Notes: generated by a model from the letters alone, not told the origin. A stretch of DNA of 64,000 nucleotides from Opitutales bacterium (GCA_049599475.1 JBMYOQ010000003.1:86291-150290), one strand, 5' to 3'. Shown: positions 30,750-40,604, counted from the first letter of the stretch. Program-made: numbers and translations.

Positions 30750-31586
30750 GTGTTCACTAAGACACCCCTAAGCGAGCTCGTCTTCAAAAAGCTGACGCAG
30801 CATATCCATGAGCACATGGGAATCATGCTAACGGATAAAAAGCGATCCATGCTCGAGAGCCGAATGGGCCGAAGGTTGCATAATCTTCAACTCAAGGATC
30901 TCAATACTTATGGGAATGGGGTGCTGAACCGAAGCCTACCCGCTTCTGAGATGTCGCTCTTCTATGACCTCGTAACCACTAACAAGACAGATTTTTATCG
31001 GGAGCCTGTGCATTTCGATTTTTTGATAAAAGACGTTGTCAGCAAATACGTAAGAAGTAGCCAGGCGAGCAAGCGCTTTAAAATTTGGTCGGCTGGGTGT
31101 TCAGAAGGCATGGAGGCCTACACAATCGGCATGCTGCTGAGCGACGTCTGCAAAAAGCATCCACATTTCGACTACAGGATTCTCGGTACCGACATTTGCA
31201 ACGCCGCACTGAAGCGCTCGCGAAATGCAATATACAATAAAAGAGAAATCGAACCTATACCCGAAAAAACGCGGCAAAAATACCTACTCCGCGGCAAGGA
31301 CAAAAATGAAGGCATTTACAAGATTGATCCCGCAATCACTCGGCGCTGTAGCTTCCAAACTCTCAATTTCATGGAGGCCCCCTACCCCATTAAAAGCAAG
31401 TTCCATGTGATTTTTCATCGCAACGTTCTCATTTATTTCGACAAGCCCACCCAAGAACACGTGGTCCGCAACTTAGTGGATCACCTATTGCCCGATGGTA
31501 TCCTATTTATCGGACATGCAGAATCCATTTCGGGTTTTAACCTACCTCTGAAAGCGCTAGGGCCCACCACGTTTCAAAAAATCTGA
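30750..31586 (+). CDS. cheR: CheR methyltransferase
   Basis: TTNKTDFYRE, IWSAGCSEG, IFHRNVLIYF, GHAES. Confidence 0.93.
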   Translation: MFTKTPLSELVFKKLTQHIHEHMGIMLTDKKRSMLESRMGRRLHNLQLKDLNTYGNGVLNRSLPASEMSLFYDLVTTNKTDFYREPVHFDFLIKDVVSKYVRSSQASKRFKIWSAGCSEGMEAYTIGMLLSDVCKKHPHFDYRILGTDICNAALKRSRNAIYNKREIEPIPEKTRQKYLLRGKDKNEGIYKIDPAITRRCSFQTLNFMEAPYPIKSKFHVIFHRNVLIYFDKPTQEHVVRNLVDHLLPDGILFIGHAESISGFNLPLKALGPTTFQKI

Positions 31587-31604
31587 GTCCCCACATAATA
31601 CCCC

Positions 31605-32720
31605 ATGAGCTCCCCGAAAAAGATACAAGTGGTCATCGTCGACGACTCCGCAGTCGTCCGACAAACACTCAGCCACATTCTAAATTCAGACCCAGATATA
31701 GAAGTCGTCTCCGTAGCCCAAGACCCCTATATCGCGGTTGAGAAGATACGTAAGCACGCGCCGGATGTCTTGACCCTCGATGTCGAAATGCCGCGCATGG
31801 ATGGCATCACTTTCCTCGAGAAAATAATGCGCCAACACCCCATTCCAGTCGTAATGTGTTCAAGTCTCACGGAGGCCGGTGGTGAGCTCTACATGCGGGC
31901 CATCGAACTCGGAGCCGTTGAAGTAATTACCAAACCTCAAGTGGGGGTAAAGGAATCGCTCATGGATGATTCCGTGCGTATTTGCGATGCCATACACGCG
32001 GCAGCCCGCGCAAAAAGCAAAGGCAAAAAGGAATACCGCAAACCTTCCAGAGCCGCCTCCGAACCACGTCAATCAACTGAAAAGCTCAGTGCAGATGCCG
32101 TCTTACCCGCCACACGTCCCAAACACCTCAGAACCACAGAAAAAGTCTTCGTCATTGGCGCATCGACAGGTGGGACTGAGGCGCTAAAAGTGCTCCTAGA
32201 GACGTTTCCACGAGATTGCCCAGGCACTGTAGTCGTACAGCACATGCCTGAAAATTTCACCGCTGCGTTCGCCAAGCGTTTAGACGGACTGAGCGCAGTA
32301 AACATAAAGGAAGCCGAAAACGGCGACGCCGTTCTCCCCGGTCATGTCTATATCGCTCCGGGAAACAAACATACCTTATTACGGCGCAGCGGTGCCCGTT
32401 ACTACCTAGACGTCCAAGAAGGTCCGCTCGTGAGCCGACACCGTCCTTCCGTCGACGTGCTCTTTCGCTCGGCAGCCCAGAACGCCGGCCCAAACTGTAT
32501 TGCATCCATACTTACAGGGATGGGCGACGACGGCGCCACTGGCATGAAAGAACTCCAAGACTCGGGGGCCTACACAATCGCTCAAGATGAAGCGAGCTGC
32601 GTCGTCTACGGCATGCCCGCCGAAGCGGTTGCACGCGGGGGTGTATCCAAAATATTACCTTTAAACGACATCACATCCGCCATGATCGATGCCGCTAAAG
32701 CAGCGAGCCCAGCAGCGTAA
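31605..32720 (+). CDS. cheB: CheB methylesterase
   Basis: REC (LDVEMP); GASTGG, QHMP, TGMGDDG. Confidence 0.96.
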   Translation: MSSPKKIQVVIVDDSAVVRQTLSHILNSDPDIEVVSVAQDPYIAVEKIRKHAPDVLTLDVEMPRMDGITFLEKIMRQHPIPVVMCSSLTEAGGELYMRAIELGAVEVITKPQVGVKESLMDDSVRICDAIHAAARAKSKGKKEYRKPSRAASEPRQSTEKLSADAVLPATRPKHLRTTEKVFVIGASTGGTEALKVLLETFPRDCPGTVVVQHMPENFTAAFAKRLDGLSAVNIKEAENGDAVLPGHVYIAPGNKHTLLRRSGARYYLDVQEGPLVSRHRPSVDVLFRSAAQNAGPNCIASILTGMGDDGATGMKELQDSGAYTIAQDEASCVVYGMPAEAVARGGVSKILPLNDITSAMIDAAKAASPAA

Positions 32721-32759
32721 AAAATTTAGGTTCAACAGGACAAACGTTAGGAGAATAAC

Positions 32760-33200
32760 ATGCCACTCGTAAGACTCATCTATTTCAGCCATAGAAACGA
32801 AGACGTCACCATTGACGAAATCGAGAAAATTCTAGAAGTTTCCAGGAAGAATAATCGCGGAAAAAATATTACCGGGATACTTTGTTTTCATCAGAACTAT
32901 TTCTTTCAAGTTCTCGAAGGGCGCCGCGCCGCCGTGTGTCATCTATACAATAAAATTGCGAAAGATCCACGGCACAGCAATGTCACGATCTCAGACTTCC
33001 GAGAAGTCCCTAATCGCGAATTCAGCGACTGGAACATGGCATATTTTCCCGAATCCAAAATTACTACGCCCGACATACTCGCACACTCGTGCGATGACGA
33101 TCTGAATTTGGACGAAATGAGAACCGAGAGCATTATTAAGTTAATCCTTTCTTTCAAAGAAAGAATCCCCGAAGCCCAAACGGCAGGTGCGATAAAGTAA
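32760..33200 (+). CDS. Stand-alone BLUF (FAD blue-light sensor) protein
   Basis: RLIYFS, SRKNN, ITGIL, FFQVLEG, DPRHSNV, FSDWNM; Y8, Q50, W91 and M93 all present. Confidence 0.92.
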   Translation: MPLVRLIYFSHRNEDVTIDEIEKILEVSRKNNRGKNITGILCFHQNYFFQVLEGRRAAVCHLYNKIAKDPRHSNVTISDFREVPNREFSDWNMAYFPESKITTPDILAHSCDDDLNLDEMRTESIIKLILSFKERIPEAQTAGAIK

Positions 33201-33237
33201 ACGGGGAAAATTGACCGTGTGGGAGGGCTGAGCTCCG

Positions 33238-33377
33238 GAGGGTGTCTCAAAACTTCGAATATACCTCTATGCGGTAGCGCCCGTTCACCGCAACGGGCAT
33301 GGGCGCGTCAGCCAGTGCGGCTAAGGCCGAGTCATGCCGGTTCGGTGACCCGGCGCTACCAATCCTGAGACACCCTC
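33238..33377. mobile_element. 140-bp MITE-like element with 12-bp terminal inverted repeats and 4-bp target-site duplication
   Basis: GAGGGTGTCTCA (33238-33249) / TGAGACACCCTC (33366-33377); TCCG on both sides (33234-33237, 33378-33381); no transposase inside. Confidence 0.75.
33273..33360. repeat. Inverted doublet of GTAG-type REP-like palindromes (REPIN-like)
   Basis: GGTAGCGCCCGTTCACCGCAACGGGCATG and, on the minus strand, GGTAGCGCCGGGTCACCGAACCGGCATG. Confidence 0.7.
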
Positions 33378-33445
33378 TCCGTATCCCCCGAGAATGTGTG
33401 GGTAACATCGTAAATCCCCGTTGCTTCAATTGCACCCCAAACGGC

Positions 33446-34216
33446 CTAAGGCGCCATGCTTATTTCGATACGTGACACAGACTCGACAGTATCATCATCC
33501 CCTTCTTTCGGGTTGGCTGCGCCAAATCCGGTAACACGCTCAATCTTTTTGGGGTCTAGCGCATAGTAAACTAAGGCGCGCCTCACCGCATTTGCCCGAT
33601 CCGAGCTCAACTCCCACGGACCGTATTCGGGCTCAGCTTCATCCTTAAGTTCGTCGCCAATGTGAGCATCTATGCGTATCCGCATGGGGTGTTGCTCCGT
33701 GATCCACGAAATATTTTGCATTACCAGGTTGCCCCATGGAGTAAACTGAGTCGAATCGCCTTCGAAAAGTGGTTTATGGCTGCGATTAAACACCTGCAGG
33801 CGCAGGCCGTCCGAGGTAACCGTTACCTTCACGGGAGAATCTTCGGCATCCGTTTCTACGTTTAAGTACTGTAAGAATTCCTGCACGACCGTTTTCACAT
33901 AGTCGATAGAGTTATCCCCCATACTATTCTCCGCTTTTCCGGATTGCGCCTCACGGGTATCGGCCGAGGATCCCCCCATATCGATTGGGCTATCACTGGA
34001 TTGCCCACTCTCCATATAGCGGAACGGGTTCTGGAACAATTGAACCGACTCCGAGAGCGAAGCCTCATCCTGTCCGATAATCCAGAGAACCATAAAGAGC
34101 GCCATCATCGCACAAAAGAAGTCCGCAGCCGCGACTTTCCAGGCACCGCCATGGAGTTCGACGACAGCTCCCTCATCTACCGGATGACCACGAAGCTCTT
34201 TTTCGGGATCCTTCAT
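33446..34216 (-). CDS. motB: Flagellar stator protein MotB
   Basis: HGGAWKVAAADFFCAMMALF with the ion-binding Asp; OmpA-like C-terminus (WELSSDRANAVR). Confidence 0.92.
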   Translation of the reverse strand: MKDPEKELRGHPVDEGAVVELHGGAWKVAAADFFCAMMALFMVLWIIGQDEASLSESVQLFQNPFRYMESGQSSDSPIDMGGSSADTREAQSGKAENSMGDNSIDYVKTVVQEFLQYLNVETDAEDSPVKVTVTSDGLRLQVFNRSHKPLFEGDSTQFTPWGNLVMQNISWITEQHPMRIRIDAHIGDELKDEAEPEYGPWELSSDRANAVRRALVYYALDPKKIERVTGFGAANPKEGDDDTVESVSRIEISMAP

Positions 34217-34223
34217 TAAGCGT

Positions 34224-35078
34224 CTACTTCGCTCCCTTTACGAGTTCTTCCAGCTCAGCGGCCGACGGCTTCATTTCCTCTTCAATAAGCCTTCGCCCCA
34301 TCTCTACGGCCATGATCGGGGCCATCCCTTTCGCAAATGCTTCAAGACACGCCGCAAGGACTTTGTAATATTGCACCTCTACTTCATTAGCAAAGTGCAA
34401 ACGTTGGCATAAGGGGCCCACAAAACCATAAGCAAAGTATACCCCTAGGAAGGTACCAGAAAGCGCTGCAGCGACCTTATAACCTACCTTACCAGCACCT
34501 TGGTCCAAAACACCCATCGTTACAATAATCCCCAATACCGCCGCACAAATACCTACCGCAGGTAACGATTCCGCCGCCAAGTGCATTACAGTGATCGGCT
34601 TCTCATACTCTTCTTCGAGGCTGTGGATGTCCGATTTCATCAAGCCTGGCAGTTGCTCGGGCTTGATCTTGGCATCAATAATCGGGCGGAGATTATTGAT
34701 CAAAAAACTGGTTCGATGCTCATTTGAAACAAAGGTCTGATACTTACTTAAAATACTACTCGCCGCTGGGTCTTCCATGTGCTCATCGAGCGCAATCAGA
34801 CCATTCTTACGCCCGATCGTGAACAGCTCGAACAGGAGCTGGAGCATTTCTTCAAAATCCTTGCGCGAAGAGCCTCCGCCTTTCAAGACACCTAATACAG
34901 CTCCAATCGTCCCCTTGAGCGCTGAAGGGGGCGATGCAATCACACTCAATCCTCCAGCAATACCGCAAATCAAGATCCACTCAGACAAGTGGAATAAGGC
35001 AGCAAGTTTGCCACCGGCGAGGAGGAATCCTCCTGCGGTACAACCTAATACAATTAATATCCCTACAACTGATGACAT
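34224..35078 (-). CDS. motA: Flagellar stator protein MotA
   Basis: RKNGLIALD, SLPAVGICAAVLG, AALSGTFLGV, AVEMGRR. Confidence 0.94.
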   Translation of the reverse strand: MSSVVGILIVLGCTAGGFLLAGGKLAALFHLSEWILICGIAGGLSVIASPPSALKGTIGAVLGVLKGGGSSRKDFEEMLQLLFELFTIGRKNGLIALDEHMEDPAASSILSKYQTFVSNEHRTSFLINNLRPIIDAKIKPEQLPGLMKSDIHSLEEEYEKPITVMHLAAESLPAVGICAAVLGIIVTMGVLDQGAGKVGYKVAAALSGTFLGVYFAYGFVGPLCQRLHFANEVEVQYYKVLAACLEAFAKGMAPIMAVEMGRRLIEEEMKPSAAELEELVKGAK

Positions 35079-35116
35079 GTTTAAGTGAGTCTATTGCGAA
35101 TGCTATTTCGCTATAA

Positions 35117-35143
35117 AACTCGGTAAAAAGAACGGGATATTTA
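35117..35143 (-). promoter_or_regulatory. Putative sigma-28 promoter upstream of motA
   Basis: Minus strand TAAA-N15-ACCGAGTT versus consensus TAAA-N15-GCCGATAA; fliA lies 400 bp away. Confidence 0.4.
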
Positions 35144-35224
35144 ATGAATATACCGTATAGACAGCTTTGTTGTATCAGGATCTTAATACTGATATTCTAT
35201 TATCAGTATCTCTTAAAAATAAAC

Positions 35225-35512
35225 CTAAGTTTTAGTGCGTCGTGCACCTAATGATTCGCATACGAGCTCGATATTCTGCCCGCAACTGCATTTCACCAAA
35301 ATCTTCTTAACTTCCTCATCCTCCATCACCAATTGAATCGTCGGTGCATGTTCTCCTTCGGAGATGGTCTCTAAATGCTCCCCGTTAGCAGATGGATCCA
35401 AGGCAGAACCCGGCTCAGGGACCCGCATATTAGAAGCCTCTAGCCCACTCTTCTTCTTTACCTTAACAACCGCTTTGGGCTGCTCGGTACGACCATTGAG
35501 AAAACTCTCCAC
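35225..35512 (-). CDS. Small hypothetical protein with C-terminal CSCG...C motif
   Basis: 95-aa ORF co-oriented between fliA and motA. Confidence 0.6.
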   Translation of the reverse strand: MESFLNGRTEQPKAVVKVKKKSGLEASNMRVPEPGSALDPSANGEHLETISEGEHAPTIQLVMEDEEVKKILVKCSCGQNIELVCESLGARRTKT

Positions 35513-35545
35513 GAAAAACTACTCTCTATATAGAACCCCAAGGGC

Positions 35546-36364
35546 TTATTTTTGCATGGATGACTGCAGTGAGCCACGTAGGCCTGAAATGGCTTGGGCG
35601 TGAATCTGGCAAATGCGCGATTCCGTGAGCCCCATCACTTCGCCAATTTCTGCGAAATTCATCTCTTCATAATAATACATTACCAATACCTTCTGAGGCA
35701 CATCTGGCAAATCTTTGATGCGACTGCGGAGGATCTCGAACATTTCACGATTTTCCGCGGTCTCCCGAGAATTCATCTCAGTGGGGTCGCTAATCGCATC
35801 GGCGATTGTGGGTCCCTGCGAGTCTTCAGGATTTGAAGTATGGTCTAGAGGCACATGAGTGATTGGCTGCACTTGGCTCATGAGCCGCGCATATTCCTTC
35901 TCATTCATCCCCAGGTCTTCGCGAATTTCATCCTGAGTAGCGGGTCGGCGCAATTTTGCCTCAAGCTCATTCACACGCTTACGGAGATCCTTGGCTTTCG
36001 AACGATTCGAACGTGGCAAACAATCAATCCGGCGTAGTTCGTCTAGAATCGCTCCTCGAATGCGAAGAATCGCGTAGGATCCAAAAGATTTCTTCTTCGA
36101 AGTGTCGTACTTCGAAATAGCCATGATCAAGCCCTTTACCCCGATACTGTAGAGGTCTTCTACATCAATCTTCGAAGGGAAGTGTGTGTTCATTCTTGAT
36201 ACGATGGACTTTACTAGTGGTAAGTATTTCTCAACAAGCTCCCATGGTGGCTCTCCTTGAGCGCTCCCCTGTTGATTTTGAGAATACGCTTGGGCGGCAG
36301 CCTGCATAGGCGCCTTGGTATCTTCTTTTTTGGAGAGCGTTTCTGTGTCTAAGGATGCAGTCAT
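35546..36364 (-). CDS. fliA: Sigma-28 (FliA/WhiG family) sigma factor
   Basis: RIRGAILDELRRID, EIGEVMGLTESRICQIH. Confidence 0.95.
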   Translation of the reverse strand: MTASLDTETLSKKEDTKAPMQAAAQAYSQNQQGSAQGEPPWELVEKYLPLVKSIVSRMNTHFPSKIDVEDLYSIGVKGLIMAISKYDTSKKKSFGSYAILRIRGAILDELRRIDCLPRSNRSKAKDLRKRVNELEAKLRRPATQDEIREDLGMNEKEYARLMSQVQPITHVPLDHTSNPEDSQGPTIADAISDPTEMNSRETAENREMFEILRSRIKDLPDVPQKVLVMYYYEEMNFAEIGEVMGLTESRICQIHAQAISGLRGSLQSSMQK

Positions 36365-36385
36365 TGTATATCAGGGCTATTACAT

Positions 36386-36685
36386 TTATGCGGCAGAACT
36401 AGATGTATCGGCAGAAGCAACATTTCCTTCAGTCTTCAAACCACCCTCTTGAGGGGCATCGACTTCTTGGCTTTCAACTGCTTCGGTGTGCGAAGCGTGG
36501 CTACTACGAATACTGCTTACTATTATTTGGACGAAGAACTTCATGACAATTGCGGCAAGCAAGCAGGCTATGGCTGCATCACGAAGAACGGGGATAAAAT
36601 TGCTCCCAAACATCATACCATTGAAAAATGTGACAGAGAAAGCGATGAAGCTTCCAAGACAAATTGCAAATTTGGCTGAATGCAT
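36386..36685 (-). CDS. Small membrane protein (two TM helices)
   Basis: 99-aa ORF between flhF and fliA with two hydrophobic segments. Confidence 0.65.
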   Translation of the reverse strand: MHSAKFAICLGSFIAFSVTFFNGMMFGSNFIPVLRDAAIACLLAAIVMKFFVQIIVSSIRSSHASHTEAVESQEVDAPQEGGLKTEGNVASADTSSSAA

Positions 36686-36708
36686 AGGGGAATTTTATAA
36701 GGTTTTGA

Positions 36709-37893
36709 TTACAGAAGTTTGCGGGGGAAAGTGCGCTCTAAGAGTGCACTCAATACATCATCAGAGTAGTCTCCGGCCACGTTCTGACCGTAACTAGCGA
36801 AAAGCGGACTTAGCCCGCTGTGGCGAACAATCGGCCAAAGCTTAGTAGCCTGACTGAGCTCGTCTAAATGTGTAAATACAAGATGCGTTGCGCCCAGGGT
36901 GCTACCCATTCTCAAGGCATCACGTATCATAGAACTTTCATAGACCGTATTGATAATTAATATACGAGTATCGACTTTCATATCGTCCAGAGAGCGCCTT
37001 ACGCGAATCCAATCTTCTTCGCGGGAACGATGTATGCCTGGAAAATCTAAATATACGGTTTCGTTATCAGGGATTTGGTTAAGAGAAGCAGGGTCACGGA
37101 AAAAATTTGCACCCATTACATCACAAAACAAACGGAGAGCATCATCTGGGTTGGGCATATCTTGATCTACTTTCAAGACATGAACCCGTGCTCCTTTCAT
37201 GAGCACATCGTGACTGATTCGTTTGCATAGTGCTGTAGTTTTGCCGACTCCCGGTGTACCTAAGAAAGCCATACGACCGGTTACGTTGACGGTATCTATA
37301 CGCTCATAGTCTTGGCGAAGCCATCTCGAAACTTCAGTAAGGGCTCTTGGAACCGGTAATTCACAAATTTTTTCCCACTTGGGAGAGTTTTCCAGTGATG
37401 TTAGCAATGTATTATCAAAACCTGCGGTTCTGAGCACCTTAGATAAATTTACATTATCAATATCAGGTGCATCTCGGCGGTATGCTTTTGTCGGATTTTT
37501 GCGAACATTCGGCTTAGCTTCAGCCTTTGATTCTACAGGGCTACTGGTATTGGGTTCTTCATTATCATCAACCGGGCTTTCGAAATTTTCCTGATCTGGA
37601 GTTTCTTCATCGTCAGGTAATGTTACATTGAAACGTTGGCCCGGAGCGTGTGCCTTTACATCATCGTTCTCCTCCGCCGGTATGTGTGAAACGACTTCAA
37701 GCTTCGGAGACGAGAGGAAGCGACTCAATCCCTGTCCATCGATTTGACGAACAGACAACACGCGGCCCTGTCCCCCCATTCTCTCCTGGATGATCTTCAC
37801 CGCTTCTTCCGCACTACGCACTACAAACCTGTATTTCTTCCCCGGAATGATCTTCGGATCTGGTTTGGAGACGGTAGTACTAGTGTTCGACAT
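36709..37893 (-). CDS. flhF: FlhF-like SRP-family GTPase (degenerate motifs)
   Basis: N-terminal B-domain-like segment, acidic linker, P-loop GTPGVGKTT, DFPG, THLDE, YGQNV; flagellar context. Confidence 0.75.
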   Translation of the reverse strand: MSNTSTTVSKPDPKIIPGKKYRFVVRSAEEAVKIIQERMGGQGRVLSVRQIDGQGLSRFLSSPKLEVVSHIPAEENDDVKAHAPGQRFNVTLPDDEETPDQENFESPVDDNEEPNTSSPVESKAEAKPNVRKNPTKAYRRDAPDIDNVNLSKVLRTAGFDNTLLTSLENSPKWEKICELPVPRALTEVSRWLRQDYERIDTVNVTGRMAFLGTPGVGKTTALCKRISHDVLMKGARVHVLKVDQDMPNPDDALRLFCDVMGANFFRDPASLNQIPDNETVYLDFPGIHRSREEDWIRVRRSLDDMKVDTRILIINTVYESSMIRDALRMGSTLGATHLVFTHLDELSQATKLWPIVRHSGLSPLFASYGQNVAGDYSDDVLSALLERTFPRKLL

Positions 37894-37907
37894 TTTCGGC
37901 GAGAGAT

Positions 37908-38096
37908 CTACTTGCGGTTAGAGAGGTGGCGAAGAGCTTGATAGCGAACTGAACCTTTGACCGGAAACCATTGGTAAAGCCGGCGGCGGAATCCAAGAAT
38001 CTGAGCGTTGGGAGGAAAAGCGCATCCCACCACGGCACCGCTGGCATGATTGGCAGCGCTGCTGTTGTTGCTTTCACTCGTGATTGAGGCAGTCAT
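37908..38096 (-). CDS. Small hypothetical protein upstream of flhF (62 aa from MTASIT)
   Basis: Stop lies 14 nt before the flhF start; no recognised domain. Confidence 0.4.
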   Translation of the reverse strand: MTASITSESNNSSAANHASGAVVGCAFPPNAQILGFRRRLYQWFPVKGSVRYQALRHLSNRK

Positions 38097-38321
38097 GCCA
38101 AAAGTTAAGCATACCGGATACCTTCGACCGTGCCAGTTACACAAACCCCTCATAAACAACGATTTATATTCATAAAATTTTTTATTCAAGATTTCTACAT
38201 TCGATCCGATGCCCCATCTGGCATTCTGTTCCCACCTACGGCTTCCCACAAAATGGTATTATTTTCTCAATTTCGTCTGGGTTCCCCTTTGATGGCAACC
38301 TAGGTGCTCTTTGAATCGACG

Positions 38322-39539
38322 ATGCCCAATCGACGCCGTTTTCTAGCACAGTCTATCACTGCTGCGACTACTCTCCCGGGATTTTTGCAGAGCGCCTACG
38401 CCGCGAGCAAGCCCGAGGAGCTCTTCAAAACTCGCGATGCCACGGCTTTTATGCCGAAGCTCGCTCCTCTCCGGATTTCACACGACCGTATTATCCGCAA
38501 AACGGTCGGACTTCGGCCTTTTCGGACTGAGGGTCCGAATCTCACAGTAGAGAAGCTGGCAGAAAAGACCGTATGCCATAATTATGGCCACGGCGGCAGC
38601 GGATGGTCTTTATCCTGGGGTTCAAGCAAGATCGCAGTGGAAAATGCACTGAAGATGGGAGCCGAGTCTTTCGCCGTGCTCGGTTGCGGCGCCCTGGGAA
38701 TGACCAGTGCCCTTCTCCTTTTGAAGCACGGAAAAAAAGTCACCATTTATGCCAAAGAGCAGCACCCCCGGATAACCTCCAGCGTGGCCACAGGTGTTTG
38801 GTCTCCCGAATCCCGTTTCTGCCTCAAGGCATTCGAGAGTCCGGAGAAGGAAGCATTCTGGGCATCCATGTGTCTCGAGTCTTATAATAGATACCAATTC
38901 CTGGTGGGTCTTCCCGGACACCCGATCGAATGGGCCGACACCTACTTTGTTTCCGACAAATCCAGCGAACAGCGCAAGGCCGAACGCGAAGCTTTCTACG
39001 AAGCCAATCCAACAGAGGCACGTTTCGCTCACTTCGAGAATATGGCGCAGGAGCTATCTCCTAAATCCGAGAACCTTCCCGACGAGATTAGCCCGTTTCG
39101 CAAACCCTATGTGAGCAAGAACCGCCGGATGATTTTCAATATTTCTGCCTACTCGAAATATTTGATGGACGAAATTCGATTAAACGGAGGCAAGATTGTC
39201 GAGCGCACCTTCAAGTCCAAGGACGATATCGCGAATCTCGACGAACCTACAGTCGTCAATTGCACAGGCCTGGGCTCCAAGAAACTTTTCTCAGATGAAA
39301 AAATGGTGCCGGTTCGCGGGCAACTCCTCGCGCTGATCCCGCAGACCGAAGTGAATTACGGTTTGAGCACCGACGACGCCTACATGCTGCCCCGCAGAGA
39401 TGGCATCCTACTAGGCACGAGCCGCAACGGGGACTACGGAAGCACAGATCTATCAGTCAATGAAGAGCAAACCGACACCGCAATCATGGCCATCAGCGCA
39501 GCAGCATCGACTCTGAAGTTCTCTGCTCGCAAGGTCTAG
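38322..39539 (+). CDS. Tat-signal FAD-dependent D-amino-acid-oxidase-like oxidoreductase, circularly permuted
   Basis: NRRRFL Tat motif; VGLRPFR and HNYGHGGSGW come before GCGALG; VVNCTGLG, PVRGQ. Confidence 0.85.
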   Translation: MPNRRRFLAQSITAATTLPGFLQSAYAASKPEELFKTRDATAFMPKLAPLRISHDRIIRKTVGLRPFRTEGPNLTVEKLAEKTVCHNYGHGGSGWSLSWGSSKIAVENALKMGAESFAVLGCGALGMTSALLLLKHGKKVTIYAKEQHPRITSSVATGVWSPESRFCLKAFESPEKEAFWASMCLESYNRYQFLVGLPGHPIEWADTYFVSDKSSEQRKAEREAFYEANPTEARFAHFENMAQELSPKSENLPDEISPFRKPYVSKNRRMIFNISAYSKYLMDEIRLNGGKIVERTFKSKDDIANLDEPTVVNCTGLGSKKLFSDEKMVPVRGQLLALIPQTEVNYGLSTDDAYMLPRRDGILLGTSRNGDYGSTDLSVNEEQTDTAIMAISAAASTLKFSARKV

Positions 39540-39626
39540 GCTGAGGGCCCGAGCAGACGCTCCTTTGTTTGCCAAATCGTATATTCATTCGACAAAGAAC
39601 AGAGATTCCGCCACCTCATCTAGCTC

Positions 39627-40601
39627 GTGGCGGTCTCCCCTCTAGATATATCGATTAAAATATTTCCGGTTTTCTTCATCATATGCAGTGGTGTCGCTAT
39701 CCGGAGGCTCAATTGGTTGAAACCAGAGGGCGACAGCTCGCTCATTAAGCTGCTTATCAATGTGTTGATGCCCTGCTTGGCATTTACACACATCGTCAAT
39801 AATCCGGCCCTACAAAACCCGTCCAACCTCTGGCTCCCGCCACTCACCGGGGTCATCTCTATCCTCCTGGGAATCGGGATTGGTTGGCTGGCTATGCGGT
39901 GGTTTCGACCAGGAGCCCACAAACCGCGCCGTACCTTTGCGTTGACGGTTGGGATTTTCAACTACGGCTACTTTGCCATTCCCCTCGCCCTTGCTCTTTA
40001 TGGAGAGCACGTGGTTGGCGTGCAGTTTCTCTTCAACTTGGGGGTCGAGGCTACCTTATGGTCCGTAGGCGTCGCCCTGCTTCGCAATCCAGGCGAGGCG
40101 AATTCATTCTGGGAAAACATTCGACTCTCTATCACGCCTCCAGTCGTCGCGATCTTCATTTCGATGCTGCTCAACGTCTCTGGTATCGGTCTACACATTC
40201 CTGATGCGGTGATCGGCGCTTCCGACCTACTGGGACGCTGCGCCATTCCAATCGGAGTCCTCCTGGTCGGGGCAAATCTGCACGACCTCGTTCGCGATAA
40301 TAAGGACTGGTATAAAGACTGGCAGATTCCCCTACTCGCCTGTTTCCTCCGCCTTTTGCTCGTCCCCATAATCTTTCTACTGATCTGCCGCGTCCTTCCA
40401 CTTACCGACGAGCTCAGCCGTGTGTGTGTGATCGCGGCATCTGTCCCGAGTGGTATTTTCCCGATTGTCATGGCTCGTATTTATGGCGGCGATACGCTGG
40501 TAGCCCTTCGAGTCGTTATCTCAACCACCCTTGTAGGGGTTTTCACGATACCCCTTTGGATTTCTTTTGGAGAACAATTTTTAAGCGTCCGAGTCCCTTA
40601 A
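39627..40601 (+). CDS. AEC (auxin efflux carrier) family transporter
   Basis: About 10 TM segments; FNYGYFAIPLA; VVISTTLVGVFTIPLW. Confidence 0.85.
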   Translation: MAVSPLDISIKIFPVFFIICSGVAIRRLNWLKPEGDSSLIKLLINVLMPCLAFTHIVNNPALQNPSNLWLPPLTGVISILLGIGIGWLAMRWFRPGAHKPRRTFALTVGIFNYGYFAIPLALALYGEHVVGVQFLFNLGVEATLWSVGVALLRNPGEANSFWENIRLSITPPVVAIFISMLLNVSGIGLHIPDAVIGASDLLGRCAIPIGVLLVGANLHDLVRDNKDWYKDWQIPLLACFLRLLLVPIIFLLICRVLPLTDELSRVCVIAASVPSGIFPIVMARIYGGDTLVALRVVISTTLVGVFTIPLWISFGEQFLSVRVP

Positions 40602-40604
40602 CCC

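Noticed and set aside
38121..38135. Sigma-54-like TGGCACG upstream of the flhF locus (similar TGGCACA at 57723)
   Set aside because: The -12 TTGC element is missing at the required spacing
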